A DNA stretch of 64,000 nucleotides from an uncultured delta proteobacterium (GCA_963840855.1 CAWJBB010000046.1:64001-128000), one strand, 5' to 3'. Positions 21,946 to 31,896 are shown, counted from the stretch's first letter. Numbers and translations: made by a program. Notes: generated from the letters alone by a model not told the origin.

Positions 21946-23961
21946 ATGGAGAGCGCACAGATTCTGGTCGTCGAAGACGAAGGCATCGTGGGGTGGCATC
22001 TTGCCCAGCGTCTGCAAGGCCTGGGGCATACGGTGCCGATGGTGGTAGCCTCCGGCCCAGAGGCGGTCCGTCAAGCAGCGGCTATACGACCGGACCTGGT
22101 GTTAATGGACATCCATCTAGATGGGGAGATGGACGGGATCGAAGCCGCCGCACAGATCCGTTCGCAGAGCGATATTCCTGTCGTCTATCTTACAGCCTAC
22201 GCAGATGAGCCCACGCTCGAACGGGCCAAGATCACGGAGCCCTTTGGCTATGTGCTGAAACCCTTCGAAGAACGGGAGCTGCAGATCACCATCGAGATGG
22301 CGCTCTACAAACACCGCATGGAGCGCAGGCTCAGAGAGCGCGAACAGTGGCTGGCCACCATCTTGACCAGCATCGGCGATGCTGTCCTGGCCACAGATCT
22401 GCAGAGCCGCGTGACGTTTATGAATCCGGTGGCTGAGGCGCTGACTGGGTGGAAGAAGGAAGACGCTCTCGGGCGCGCGATCACGGATGTCTGTTCGCTC
22501 AATGACGAAACCGCCCAGCATCCGCTAGAGCACCCGGTCATACAGGCGCTCCGGGAAGGAACCGTAGTGGGAATGAGCAATCATGTGTCTCTGCGCGCCC
22601 CGGATGGCAGAGTCACCCCTGTTGCGGACACTGCGGCGCCCATCTACGATGAGAAGCACAACATTACTGGCGCCGTGCTGCTGTTTCAGGACATGAGCGT
22701 CCGTAGGCGGGCGGAGGAAGCGCTTCAGGCAGAGATGCAAATTGCCACGGCCCTGGCGCAAGTGGGACAAGAGTTGATTGCCGCGCTCGATACCCCCGCA
22801 GTGCTTAACCGCCTCTGTCAACTCACCGCCGAAGTGCTGGGGTGCGAGTACAGTCATACATGGCTCTGGCAATCCCAAGAAGACGCCTACGTGCCGGTCA
22901 CCGGGTGGGGCGATTCATCTGAGCAGTGGGAGGTGCTGCGCGTGCTCCGGCTAACGCGGGTGCAGCTGCGGGACACTCGGTTAGCAGGATTGGAAGAGGG
23001 GGAGCTGGTTGAGATCGAAGCCTCATCTCATAATCTACCCTTGACGGCGCTTTCCGGGCAGTCCGGCGTGAGTCGCATGCTCTGTATTGCGCTGCGGCGA
23101 GGGAACGATCTGCTGGGGATCCAGACCGCTGGCTATCGGCGACAGCAAGCGCCCTTTACGCCCACGCAAGAACGCATGGCCCGGGGTATCGCCCAGTTAG
23201 CTTCCCTGGCCCTCGATAATGCGTGCTTGCTGGAGGAGGCGGAGCGAGCCAATCACCTGAAGTCGAACTTTCTGGCGACCATCTCGCATGAGTTGCGCAC
23301 CCCCCTCAGCATCATCATGGGCTATACCGAACTGCTGCTGGAAGGTGGATTTGGCCCCCTCGCAGCTGAGCAGTCTAGGTCGTTGCGCAAGGTAGACCAG
23401 AGCGCACGAGAGTTACTGGAACTGATCGTCGCCATGCTCAATATCAGCCGCCTGCAGATGGGTCGACTGCCAATCGAAGTGACGGAGGTACCCATAGCTG
23501 ATCTACTCGCGGAGCTGGAAGCAGAGCTGACGGCGCGGGGAGACAAGCCGGAGTTGCGCTTGATCTGGCAGGTTGCGCCAGACCTCCCGTCACTGTCCAC
23601 GGATCGGACCAAACTAAAAATCATTCTCAAGAATCTGCTCGCTAATGCGATAAAGTTCACGGATGTTGGCGAGGTGCGCGTGACGGTCAAAGCGGAGAAC
23701 GAGGGCATCGAGTTTAGCGTAAGTGATACAGGCACCGGAATTGCGCCGGAGGTTCTGCCGATCATTTTTGAGCCTTTCCGCCAGGGAGAGTCGGCGATGA
23801 CGCGCCAATATGGAGGTCTCGGCGTGGGGCTCTACGTAGTACGGCGATTGGTGGAAACGTTGCAGGGCTCGGTATTAGTCAGAAGTGAAGTTGGCAAGGG
23901 CTCGAGCTTCCGGGTCTGGCTGCCATCGAGAGCCCGGGAATCGGCGGTATCGCCAGGTTAA
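21946..23961 (+). CDS. Hybrid REC-PAS-GAF-histidine kinase
   Basis: ILVVEDE, DLVLMDI, PAS (SIGDAVLATD), ISHELRTPL, NAIKFT, GGLGVGL; AAGGAG RBS before ATG 21946. Confidence 0.93.
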   Translation: MESAQILVVEDEGIVGWHLAQRLQGLGHTVPMVVASGPEAVRQAAAIRPDLVLMDIHLDGEMDGIEAAAQIRSQSDIPVVYLTAYADEPTLERAKITEPFGYVLKPFEERELQITIEMALYKHRMERRLREREQWLATILTSIGDAVLATDLQSRVTFMNPVAEALTGWKKEDALGRAITDVCSLNDETAQHPLEHPVIQALREGTVVGMSNHVSLRAPDGRVTPVADTAAPIYDEKHNITGAVLLFQDMSVRRRAEEALQAEMQIATALAQVGQELIAALDTPAVLNRLCQLTAEVLGCEYSHTWLWQSQEDAYVPVTGWGDSSEQWEVLRVLRLTRVQLRDTRLAGLEEGELVEIEASSHNLPLTALSGQSGVSRMLCIALRRGNDLLGIQTAGYRRQQAPFTPTQERMARGIAQLASLALDNACLLEEAERANHLKSNFLATISHELRTPLSIIMGYTELLLEGGFGPLAAEQSRSLRKVDQSARELLELIVAMLNISRLQMGRLPIEVTEVPIADLLAELEAELTARGDKPELRLIWQVAPDLPSLSTDRTKLKIILKNLLANAIKFTDVGEVRVTVKAENEGIEFSVSDTGTGIAPEVLPIIFEPFRQGESAMTRQYGGLGVGLYVVRRLVETLQGSVLVRSEVGKGSSFRVWLPSRARESAVSPG

Positions 23962-23987
23962 CCAGGTTAAATAGAAGCGCTCGACTG

Positions 23988-25094
23988 ATGGAACAAGCCC
24001 GGATCATGGTTGTTGAAGATGAAGGCATCGTGGCGTGGCATCTTGCCCAGCAATTGCAGAATATGGGCCATAGTGTGCCGGCGGTGGTCTCGTCCGGCGC
24101 GGACGCGGTCCAGCAAGCGGCGGCCTTACACCTTGATCTGGTCTTGATGGATATCCATCTGCAGGGAGAGATCGACGGGATCGAAGCCGCCGCGCAGATC
24201 CGCGCTCAGGGTGACATACCTGTTGTCTATCTCACCGCCTACGCGGACGAAGCCACCCTTGAACGGGCCAAGATCACCGGACCCTTTGGTTATGTGCTGA
24301 AACCCTTCGAAGAACGGGAACTGCGCGCGACCATCGAGATGGTGCTTTTCAAGCACCGAATGGAAAAAAACCTGAACCAACAACGGGCCGAGTTTCTCGC
24401 CATGCTGACCCATGACATCAAGAATCCGCTTTCGGTGATCTTGGGGTATACGGAAATGCTCAATGAGCTGGTGAAAGCTGGCGATTTGACGAAGGCGGCA
24501 GATATTTCCGCCATAATGAAAAGCAACGTGCTGACCGTGCATTCCCTGGTAAGCAACTATCTATATCTTTCCACGCGAGAGGCAGGACACCTGCACGTCG
24601 TCCGCAAGCCCATGGCTATCAATGATATCTTGCAGCAAGTGGCGCAGCACTACGCGGCCGAGGCCCAACGGCGAAATCATCGCCTGCAACTCGAGTTAGC
24701 AGAGAACTTACCTTCCCTGGAGGGTAACCCCGAAGCGTTGGAGCGGGTTTTTGCCAACCTGCTGGATAATGCCATGAAGTTCATGGCTGCGCCGGGAATA
24801 GTGACACTCGGATCCAAGTTTTGCGGGGGTGAGGTCGTAATCACAGTTGCCGACACTGGGCCCGGGATTTCCCGGGAAGAGCTTCCCCTGATGTTTGAAA
24901 AATACCAGCGCGCATCGAAGGATCAATTCCGTAAGGGTTCGGGACTGGGACTATTCATCGCCCAGGAGCTAATCAAAGAGCACGGAGGCCGGATCGAAGT
25001 CACGAGCATCCTCGGTGAGGGTACGTGCTTTACGATCTGCTTGCCTGTCGTCACCCCAGACGCTGGCCAACTGCAGCTAACGCAGAGCGCTTGA
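23988..25094 (+). CDS. REC-histidine kinase
   Basis: REC domain near-identical to the previous gene; THDIKNPL, NAMKF, GSGLGL. Confidence 0.93.
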   Translation: MEQARIMVVEDEGIVAWHLAQQLQNMGHSVPAVVSSGADAVQQAAALHLDLVLMDIHLQGEIDGIEAAAQIRAQGDIPVVYLTAYADEATLERAKITGPFGYVLKPFEERELRATIEMVLFKHRMEKNLNQQRAEFLAMLTHDIKNPLSVILGYTEMLNELVKAGDLTKAADISAIMKSNVLTVHSLVSNYLYLSTREAGHLHVVRKPMAINDILQQVAQHYAAEAQRRNHRLQLELAENLPSLEGNPEALERVFANLLDNAMKFMAAPGIVTLGSKFCGGEVVITVADTGPGISREELPLMFEKYQRASKDQFRKGSGLGLFIAQELIKEHGGRIEVTSILGEGTCFTICLPVVTPDAGQLQLTQSA

Positions 25095-25728
25095 TGGAGC
25101 CGAAACCAAAAGCTCCGCTATTCGCCGATGTCCAGCAACACGCCGTCCGGATCGGCGAACACATGCTTTCCGAGCGGGCAACTCTGTAGGTCCTTTTCCA
25201 AATCTGCACCGCTTCTTCCCATTGTGATTTTGCGGGGAGCGGATTCGGGAAAATTCTTGTTAAAGCTTTTGCATGCGTCGCTTACGATGGTGATTCTCAT
25301 TCATGAAAAAACAGATCGATAAATAAATCACGAATGCGAAATCCATTGGGACCGCCTAAGCCACTCGCCTGGGCGTCCGCCTGGGCTGCGGCACGAGAGC
25401 GCGCGATCGATCGCCGTCGCCATGGCTTCTCCGTCAGCATTATTGCGTCTGACGGACAAACGGGCCCTGAGCGAGCCGCTCATGCGGACGAGAAGCGGTC
25501 TTAAGATCTAAACATCGCCGCGATTTTCAAAGATCGGAAAAAATGACCCTCCGCCGGTTTCAATTATAAATAGTTACCTCGTTCACTTCTTTTGTGAAAA
25601 GCGAAATTTTTCGTGCGCCTGTTCTTGGCACAACGATTGCTCGAATTTTAATACCGGGGTTGCATTGCGAGTTGGTTCCTACGCCTATTGTGCTCGAATA
25701 GCAGTAACTCCTGCAGGAGACATTAACG

Positions 25729-26340
25729 ATGAAACTTACGTTGAGCGTTATCAAAGCCGACATCGGCTCTGTCGGCGGCCATATCTGTCCGTCGCAACGT
25801 CTCGTCCAGACAGTGCGCGGCTTTGTCAGCGAGCATGGATCAAAGCTCCTGCTCGATAGCTACGTCAGCTACACCGGCGACGACATCGCGATCGTGAGCA
25901 CCCATGCTCCGACATCGGCAGCATCGCGGCGCCGAAGAAACCCTGGCGGCGCATGTCGATAGCTTTTTTAGAGACCGCATCGCGCACGGTATCCCAGAAC
26001 GGATGCGCGAAGGCATCTACGGGCTCGGTCATTTTACCCTTGTGCATGGCGAAGGCGGCGCAGCTTACTACAGGCGGCCCATTGAAGTAACTGATGCCGG
26101 AATTGAGCGCCACCGGCATAAGCGGCATCTGGTGCGAGCCGCGCATGGAGCCTGCCACATAAGGGCCGGTTACGTAAGGCGCGAGCACCTCGCCGGTGGC
26201 TGGAAAATCTTTCTGCACGCGCACCAGCATTACCGGATCGTCTTTGCCCGTGTATTTGCCGGCGATGTTATGCAGCCGCGATGTTGACACCGCGGCGGCT
26301 TGTTCTCCGGTGCTGCGCGACCACGCTGTCGCGAAGCGGG
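25729..26340. pseudogene. Fructose-1,6-bisphosphate aldolase/phosphatase (class V FBPase), broken and partly inverted
   Basis: + strand 25729-~25906 gives MKLTLSVIKADIGSVGGH...GDDIAI; - strand ~26340-25907 gives RLHNIAGKYTGKDDP...MRGSHQMPLMPV...GPP...RRQGFFGAAMLPMSE. Confidence 0.9.
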
Positions 26341-26610
26341 ACCCTTCGCAAAGAAGTTGCGCTTTAAAAACAAGCTGGTCAGTTTAGCTGCACTTGGTTT
26401 TGGATCACGATGGGTATCTGCCTTGTTTTGCGGTGGTCACGGACGAGTAGGGAACAGCTGGCCCGACGCTACTCCACCTACGCCCGATTCCGGTCGAGGG
26501 CGACTGAACTGTCGCGCGATCCGGTATCGTTCGACACCTCGCCGGGCCGGGTGTGGGTTATAGAGGCAAGACCGTCTCGTGCACAATCTGTTGTAAAATT
26601 CTGTGACCAC

Positions 26611-26659
26611 TTGACTAGATCTGGTGTTTGAGCGTATAAGTTAGTTAATCTAACTAACT
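26611..26659 (+). promoter_or_regulatory. Promoter with overlapping palindromic operator
   Basis: TTGACT-18 nt-TATAAG, then AGTTAGTTA-atc-TAACTAACT (26639-26659). Confidence 0.75.
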
Positions 26660-26672
26660 AGAAGGCCGCTAC

Positions 26673-26966
26673 TTGGAATCATTCGGGAAAATTCTAAAGA
26701 AGCTCAGGATGGAGAAGGGGTTGACGCTGCGCCAGTTGGCCGCCGCTGTCGACAGTAACTTTGCTTACCTAAGCCAATTGGAAGCTGACCTGGCAAAACC
26801 GGGTGAAGAACTGGTGAAGCGGATCGCCAAGTACTTCGGCGAGGACGAAGAGCGACTAATATTTTTGGCTCGTGGCATACCTGCGCAGATTCAAGAAATA
26901 AAAGACAAATTTCCGAATATCGCGCCGTCATATTTCAGAAAGGCAGCGAAGAAAGAGGAAAAATGA
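26673..26966 (+). CDS. XRE-family HTH regulator (ImmR-like)
   Basis: LKKLRMEKGLTLRQLAAAVDSNFAYLSQLE. Confidence 0.9.
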   Translation: MESFGKILKKLRMEKGLTLRQLAAAVDSNFAYLSQLEADLAKPGEELVKRIAKYFGEDEERLIFLARGIPAQIQEIKDKFPNIAPSYFRKAAKKEEK

Positions 26967-27841
26967 TTCCTTACCTTCGACGAGAACTGATACGGCAACA
27001 CGCCACCGAGGCTAGAAGCCTCTACGAGAAACGAATCGGACGACCGGTTAACTATCCTCTCAACGTAGAGGATTTTTTTTATGCGCTGTTTGGCTTGGAG
27101 ACGGTCTACGACACGGAGGGCAAACTGAACGGGCTCGGGGACGGAATTATCGGATGCCTTTTTCCGGACGGACACCGATCGCCGTTCGGTGGGAAAGACA
27201 AGATCATAGCGGTTAATTTAACGTCCGCGGCTGGGTTTGACCCGGCTGTATTCAGTGAACGGCATACCATCGCCCATGAGGGAATGGGCCACTACGTGTT
27301 GCACTTTCTCAAAGGGGTGACCGCGATGACCGTAGAACGTCCCACCTATTGCCGGACCGGTGGCAAGAAAGACCCAATGGAGTGGCAATCCGATTTCGCA
27401 GCGGGCGAACTTATTCAACCGGCGGATAAAATCGCTTGGCTACTCGACGGCAAGCAGCCCGGAGAAATCGTCAATCTGGAACTCTACGAAGAGAACTATC
27501 GGGAGTATTTCGGCGCCAATCGTATGATGATGGAAGCGCGACTCAAAGCGCTGGATTACAAGCTGCTGAACGCGAAATATCCCTGGGCCGATTACGCAAA
27601 GGAACAAAAACACGGGGTATCAAAACTGCAGCAGGAAAGGGATCGACCGCGAGATACTCATAGGCCGCGTGCAAGTTTTGACGATATATTTGGAAAGCCT
27701 GTTTTTAGCTCTTTCGATAAAGACTTCTCGTCAATCTTTGGTGACGCGACAACGTTGAAGCCAGGTTGGAAAAGCAACCTCGACCGAATGGTTAAGTCGG
27801 AGATTTATCAGAATCGAAAGGGCAAACCGAATGGGCGCTAA
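26963..27841 (+). CDS. ImmA/IrrE-family metallo-endopeptidase
   Basis: RHTIAHEGMGHYVLH and EWQSDFAAGELI motifs; ATGA-coupled to the XRE gene. Confidence 0.85.
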   Translation: MIPYLRRELIRQHATEARSLYEKRIGRPVNYPLNVEDFFYALFGLETVYDTEGKLNGLGDGIIGCLFPDGHRSPFGGKDKIIAVNLTSAAGFDPAVFSERHTIAHEGMGHYVLHFLKGVTAMTVERPTYCRTGGKKDPMEWQSDFAAGELIQPADKIAWLLDGKQPGEIVNLELYEENYREYFGANRMMMEARLKALDYKLLNAKYPWADYAKEQKHGVSKLQQERDRPRDTHRPRASFDDIFGKPVFSSFDKDFSSIFGDATTLKPGWKSNLDRMVKSEIYQNRKGKPNGR

Positions 27842-28181
27842 GCTAACCGTCAAGCCTGGGAGCGGAGAGAGCGTACTGACTGCGGCAGAGCTTAAAGTCC
27901 TCGAAGCGGTTCGCCAAGAGGAGTTCAGTAAGGTTACGATCCATAAACGCCAAGGGAAAATTCTCAATATCGAGACTGAAGAGGATATTCCGCCAAGCGA
28001 TTTGGACGATAAAACCGGAGCTGTCATCGTGCGGAACATGGCGGATTACGAGTCCGTAACCCTTAGTAAGCATCAAGGCAAAACAGTTAAAGCGCGACGA
28101 ACTAGACCAATGCCACTTACCGAACAGGAGAACAGAACGGCAGAGTCCTCACGGGCAGGGGTCGATAAGACAAAACGATAA
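27831..28181 (+). CDS. Hypothetical protein with an internally duplicated beta motif
   Basis: FSKVTIHKRQGKI and YESVTLSKHQGKT; operonic position. Confidence 0.65.
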   Translation: MGAKLTVKPGSGESVLTAAELKVLEAVRQEEFSKVTIHKRQGKILNIETEEDIPPSDLDDKTGAVIVRNMADYESVTLSKHQGKTVKARRTRPMPLTEQENRTAESSRAGVDKTKR

Positions 28182-28309
28182 AGTGCGGTTCGCGGCGACA
28201 GCATGATCCTGAGCCGCGGCACAAATCGAAGCATAAACTTACCGCGTCGGCAGTGCGAACCTGAGAGGCGGCCAAGACGGAGCATACGAGATGCTGAAAG
28301 GCTCTTTTC

Positions 28310-28648
28310 ATGTTCAGTTTGGAACGCTGCCGAAGCATCCTCGGGCGTGAGTGCGCGCTAGATGACGAGCAACTGACCAGGCTCCGTGACCAGCTTTATG
28401 GGTTGGCCGATGTCGTTACCGAGGAATTACGTGTTCAAAGAGAAATCTATGGAGATGTCGAATCGGAAGATTCGGGTCCAGCAGATTATCGGGCGGCGTT
28501 AAAGCTGCTGCCAGAAAACGAGCGAGATGATGTCGAAGAACGAGCGGCGATTACCGAGTTTGAGGGTGGCGCGGACCGAGACGAGGCCGAACGAAAAGCC
28601 ATTCTCGGATCACTCCAAACCCGAAGTGAAAAGAAAGACCGAAACTAA
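28310..28648 (+). CDS. Hypothetical protein preceding the recombinase (possible directionality factor)
   Basis: 112-aa ORF overlapping the recombinase start; the role is an inference from position. Confidence 0.6.
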   Translation: MFSLERCRSILGRECALDDEQLTRLRDQLYGLADVVTEELRVQREIYGDVESEDSGPADYRAALKLLPENERDDVEERAAITEFEGGADRDEAERKAILGSLQTRSEKKDRN

Positions 28649-30179
28649 TAGCGCCGCAAAGGCTGTCATTTACTGCCGGGTCTCAACCAAGGAGGAAACT
28701 CAGAACCTGAGTCTACCAACACAACAAAAGATGTGCCGTGAGTATTGCGATAAACAGGGGTTGTCCGTGGCCCGGGTGTTTGTCGAGGAGGGCGAGTCGG
28801 CGAAAACAAGGGACCGGACTCAGCTCCGCGAATTACTTGATTACTGCCGCGAAAAAAGGGGGCTTATCCAGCACGTAGTTGTTTATCGAGTGGACCGATT
28901 TGCACGACAGCAACATGACCACGTAATCCTTCGAGCGCAACTGATGAAATTCGGCGTTACGTTAAAATCTGCTACGGAGCCAGTAAGCGAAGATTCAACT
29001 GGCAAGCTGATGGAGAATATTCTTTCGTCGTTTGCGCAATTCGATAATGATGTTCGATCTGAGCGCACGGTTGCTGGTATGAAGGCGGCGTTGATGGAAG
29101 GACGTTGGACTTTTGGGGCTCCGATTGGATATCGCCGAAAGCTCGATAGTGTGGGACGAGAGACGCTTGAGCCAGACCCTACGAGCGGTCCGTTGGTGAA
29201 AATGGCTTTCGAGCTTTACGCTACCGGGTTGCACTCGAAGAGTGAGGTTTTGCGGAAGATAACTGCAATGGGCTTGCGCACCCGGAACGGCAAGAAACTT
29301 ACGGCTCAGACTTTTCAAGAATTGCTGCGCAAGTCGATCTATGCCGGTCTGATTTCGGTACGGAGTTGGGGGATTGAGCGCGTGAAAGGTGATTTTGAGC
29401 CACTCGTATCAGTGGATCTATTTGACCGAGTGCAGGACGTATTGGATGGGCGAGCACTAGCGGTCACGCCACACCAACGCAATCACCAAGACTTTTCCCT
29501 AAGACGTTTTACAAGCTGCGCGGACTGCGGGCTGCCGATCACGGGCAGTTGGTCAAAAGGCCGAGCACAGCGTTACGCCTATTATCGGTGCCGAAATTCC
29601 AAATGCCTAACTGTCAAAGTCTCAAAGGATCAGTTCGAGCGAGAGTTCGCGGAGTTTTTAAGCGGTATGCGGCCGAGAGCTGAATATGTGCGGCTATTCC
29701 GTGAGATCGTCTTGGACGTATGGAAGCGCAAGCAGGGCGACGCGAAGGGGGTTAGCGCCGCCATAGAGCAACGTATTAAGGAGATCGAAGGCAAACGCCA
29801 AAAGCTTCTTGACGCGCACGTCTATCAGAAAACGCTTGATGCTGAACTCTACAGACGCGAAGATGACCGACTGTCGCAGGAGATCGCGCTAGCTCGAATG
29901 GAGTTGCATGAAGCTCAAATCGAGCAGATAGACATCGAAGGCGTGCTTGGATTTGCGGAGACGGTCATCCTCGATGCGCGTCGCGTGTGGATAGAAGGAA
30001 CGTTAGATCAGCGCCAGCGACTTCAAAAAGTACTTTTCCCGAAGGGTGTGAGCTATTCAAACCAGACTGGATTTGGAACCACAGAAACGAGTTTGTTTTT
30101 CAGGTGGTTAGCGCTCGTGCAGGAGAAAAAAGATGGTTTGGCGTCCCCGACGGGATTTGAACCCGTGTTATCGGCGTGA
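28626..30179 (+). CDS. Large serine recombinase (resolvase, recombinase, Zn ribbon, coiled coil)
   Basis: YCRVST catalytic Ser, YRVDRFAR, CADCG...YYRCRNSKC; GTG start 28626 preferred; last 13 codons overlap tRNA-Glu antisense. Confidence 0.95.
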   Translation: MKRKTETNSAAKAVIYCRVSTKEETQNLSLPTQQKMCREYCDKQGLSVARVFVEEGESAKTRDRTQLRELLDYCREKRGLIQHVVVYRVDRFARQQHDHVILRAQLMKFGVTLKSATEPVSEDSTGKLMENILSSFAQFDNDVRSERTVAGMKAALMEGRWTFGAPIGYRRKLDSVGRETLEPDPTSGPLVKMAFELYATGLHSKSEVLRKITAMGLRTRNGKKLTAQTFQELLRKSIYAGLISVRSWGIERVKGDFEPLVSVDLFDRVQDVLDGRALAVTPHQRNHQDFSLRRFTSCADCGLPITGSWSKGRAQRYAYYRCRNSKCLTVKVSKDQFEREFAEFLSGMRPRAEYVRLFREIVLDVWKRKQGDAKGVSAAIEQRIKEIEGKRQKLLDAHVYQKTLDAELYRREDDRLSQEIALARMELHEAQIEQIDIEGVLGFAETVILDARRVWIEGTLDQRQRLQKVLFPKGVSYSNQTGFGTTETSLFFRWLALVQEKKDGLASPTGFEPVLSA

Positions 30180-30216
30180 AAGGCCGGTGTCCTGGGCCGG
30201 GCTAGACGACGGGGAC
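30139..30216 (-). tRNA. tRNA-Glu(TTC)
   Basis: Cloverleaf GTCCCCG...CGGGGAC-G-CCA; anticodon loop CTTTCAC; T-loop TTCAAAT. Confidence 0.97.
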
Positions 30217-30220
30217 GCGG

Positions 30221-30296
30221 TGGTGAGCCGTGCTGGATTCGAACCAGCGACCCTCTGCTTAAAAGGCAGATGCTCTACCGCCTGAGCTAACGGCTC
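30221..30296 (-). tRNA. tRNA-Lys(TTT)
   Basis: GAGCCGT...ACGGCTC-A-CCA; anticodon loop CTTTTAA; T-loop TTCGAAT. Confidence 0.98.
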
Positions 30297-30318
30297 GCTG
30301 GCGTGAGTTGAAGCAATT

Positions 30319-30347
30319 TTAATAGCGGGAATAGGGCGGTAAGTCAA
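30319..30347 (-). promoter_or_regulatory. Sigma70 promoter of the tRNA-Lys-Glu operon
   Basis: TTGACT-17 nt-TATTAA on the minus strand. Confidence 0.75.
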
Positions 30348-30561
30348 TAAATCCGCGCCATGTTTACGCCACGTTGTGATTCATCAAGCGCGTGTTGATC
30401 GCCACATCAGCCGGTAAATTGGCAAACAGGAGTTATCTCATTGTGACCCTAAACAGGGAGGGCGAGAGGACTGAGAAAGCCAGTTTTCAGTGATTGCCGG
30501 AATTATCAACCAGCGCTATAAAGGCTACAGCGATTTCGGTCTTTCTCGGAAGGAAAAGCAA

Positions 30562-31872
30562 GTGAAGACAAAACGAGTGCTGTCGATTTTTGTTTTGGTG
30601 ATTCTATATATAATCTCTGGCGTTTCAATCGCCTCTGGGCAAAGTAACCCGGCGTATATTCAATTTTCGCCTGGTGAAGTGAAGGGCGCTCTCTACAAGC
30701 CCGACTCCGGACCGGCGCCTCATGTGGGCATACTCGTGATGCATCGTACATCGAACGTTATGGCAAGTTTGGCCTGTACGGAGCCGGCAAAGAGAGGGTT
30801 CATGGTCCTCTGCATGAACCCGCGTTCAGATAATAACGAAGCTTTGGTCAGATGGGAAACCATCGCATTGGACGTGAGGTCGGGAGTCAATTTTCTTAGA
30901 AAACAACCAGGCATCACGAAGGTTCTACTTCTGGGTGGCAGCGGAGGAGGGCCGACGATGAGCTTTTATCAGGCGGTGGCGGAAAAGGGTCCTTCTTACT
31001 GCCAGGGGCCTAACAAGCTCGTCCAATGCGGCAATGATCTTGCCAATCTACCTCGTGCCGATGGGATCATATTCAGGGATGCGCATCCGGGAAATCCAGT
31101 GAACGGCATAAGGAGCCTGAATCCGGCGATTATCAACGAGGGTCGACCCGATCAAAAGAATCCCGAGCTGGATCCTTTTAGTCCGGAGAACGGGTATAAC
31201 CCGAAAGGACCATCGAATTATTCCGAGTCGTTCAAGAAAAAATATTTCAAGGCGCAGGCAGACCGGATGAACAGGTTAATCGACGACGCGCTGAGGAAGG
31301 TCGCACTGATGAAGGAAGGCAAATACCATTACCCCGATGACGATGCTTTCGTCGTCGTCGGCGGCGCCGGAGCGCGACTCATGGAGATGGACTTGAGCAT
31401 CCATCACAGTACGGTGAGGCCGCAAAAATTACTGAAGAACGACGGCAGCATCGTAACGGAGATCGTGAAAAGTGTTCGGCGGGCCAATCCATCACTGGCC
31501 AGCCAAAGCGCGACTTTCGAGAACGGGACGCGGTTCTTGACGGTAAGATCCTTTCTAAGCGCGAATGCGACACGGGGCACTGATTCCATGGATGGAATCG
31601 ATGATTGCTCCACCAACAATTCTACCCCCTGCGCCCTCCGCAGTATTTCGGTACCGGTGCTCATTGGCGCCATGGGGGCACACTACTTCATACGGGATAA
31701 CGAGATGCATTATGAAGTTGCGGCAAGCGCCGATAAGGATTTCATTGTGATCGAGGGGGCGACTCATGGAATCACGCCATGCGTCCGCTGCGAACAAACT
31801 CCGGGGCAGTACTCGAACAGCGTCAAGAATTTTTTTGACTACGTGGCCAAATGGGTCAACGCCCGGTTCTGA
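30562..31872 (+). CDS. Secreted alpha/beta hydrolase
   Basis: Signal peptide; GGSGGG nucleophile elbow; C-terminal EGATH. Confidence 0.8.
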   Translation: MKTKRVLSIFVLVILYIISGVSIASGQSNPAYIQFSPGEVKGALYKPDSGPAPHVGILVMHRTSNVMASLACTEPAKRGFMVLCMNPRSDNNEALVRWETIALDVRSGVNFLRKQPGITKVLLLGGSGGGPTMSFYQAVAEKGPSYCQGPNKLVQCGNDLANLPRADGIIFRDAHPGNPVNGIRSLNPAIINEGRPDQKNPELDPFSPENGYNPKGPSNYSESFKKKYFKAQADRMNRLIDDALRKVALMKEGKYHYPDDDAFVVVGGAGARLMEMDLSIHHSTVRPQKLLKNDGSIVTEIVKSVRRANPSLASQSATFENGTRFLTVRSFLSANATRGTDSMDGIDDCSTNNSTPCALRSISVPVLIGAMGAHYFIRDNEMHYEVAASADKDFIVIEGATHGITPCVRCEQTPGQYSNSVKNFFDYVAKWVNARF

Positions 31873-31896
31873 TTTCCGTTGGAAGGGTCGGCGCCA

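Larger units (their letters stand above)
14796..30147. mobile_element. Island A: serine-recombinase element integrated at the tRNA-Glu 3' end
   Basis: 11-bp direct repeat TTTGGCGTCCC at 14796-14806 and 30137-30147; the recombinase abuts the right copy; accessory and pseudogene-rich content. Confidence 0.85.
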
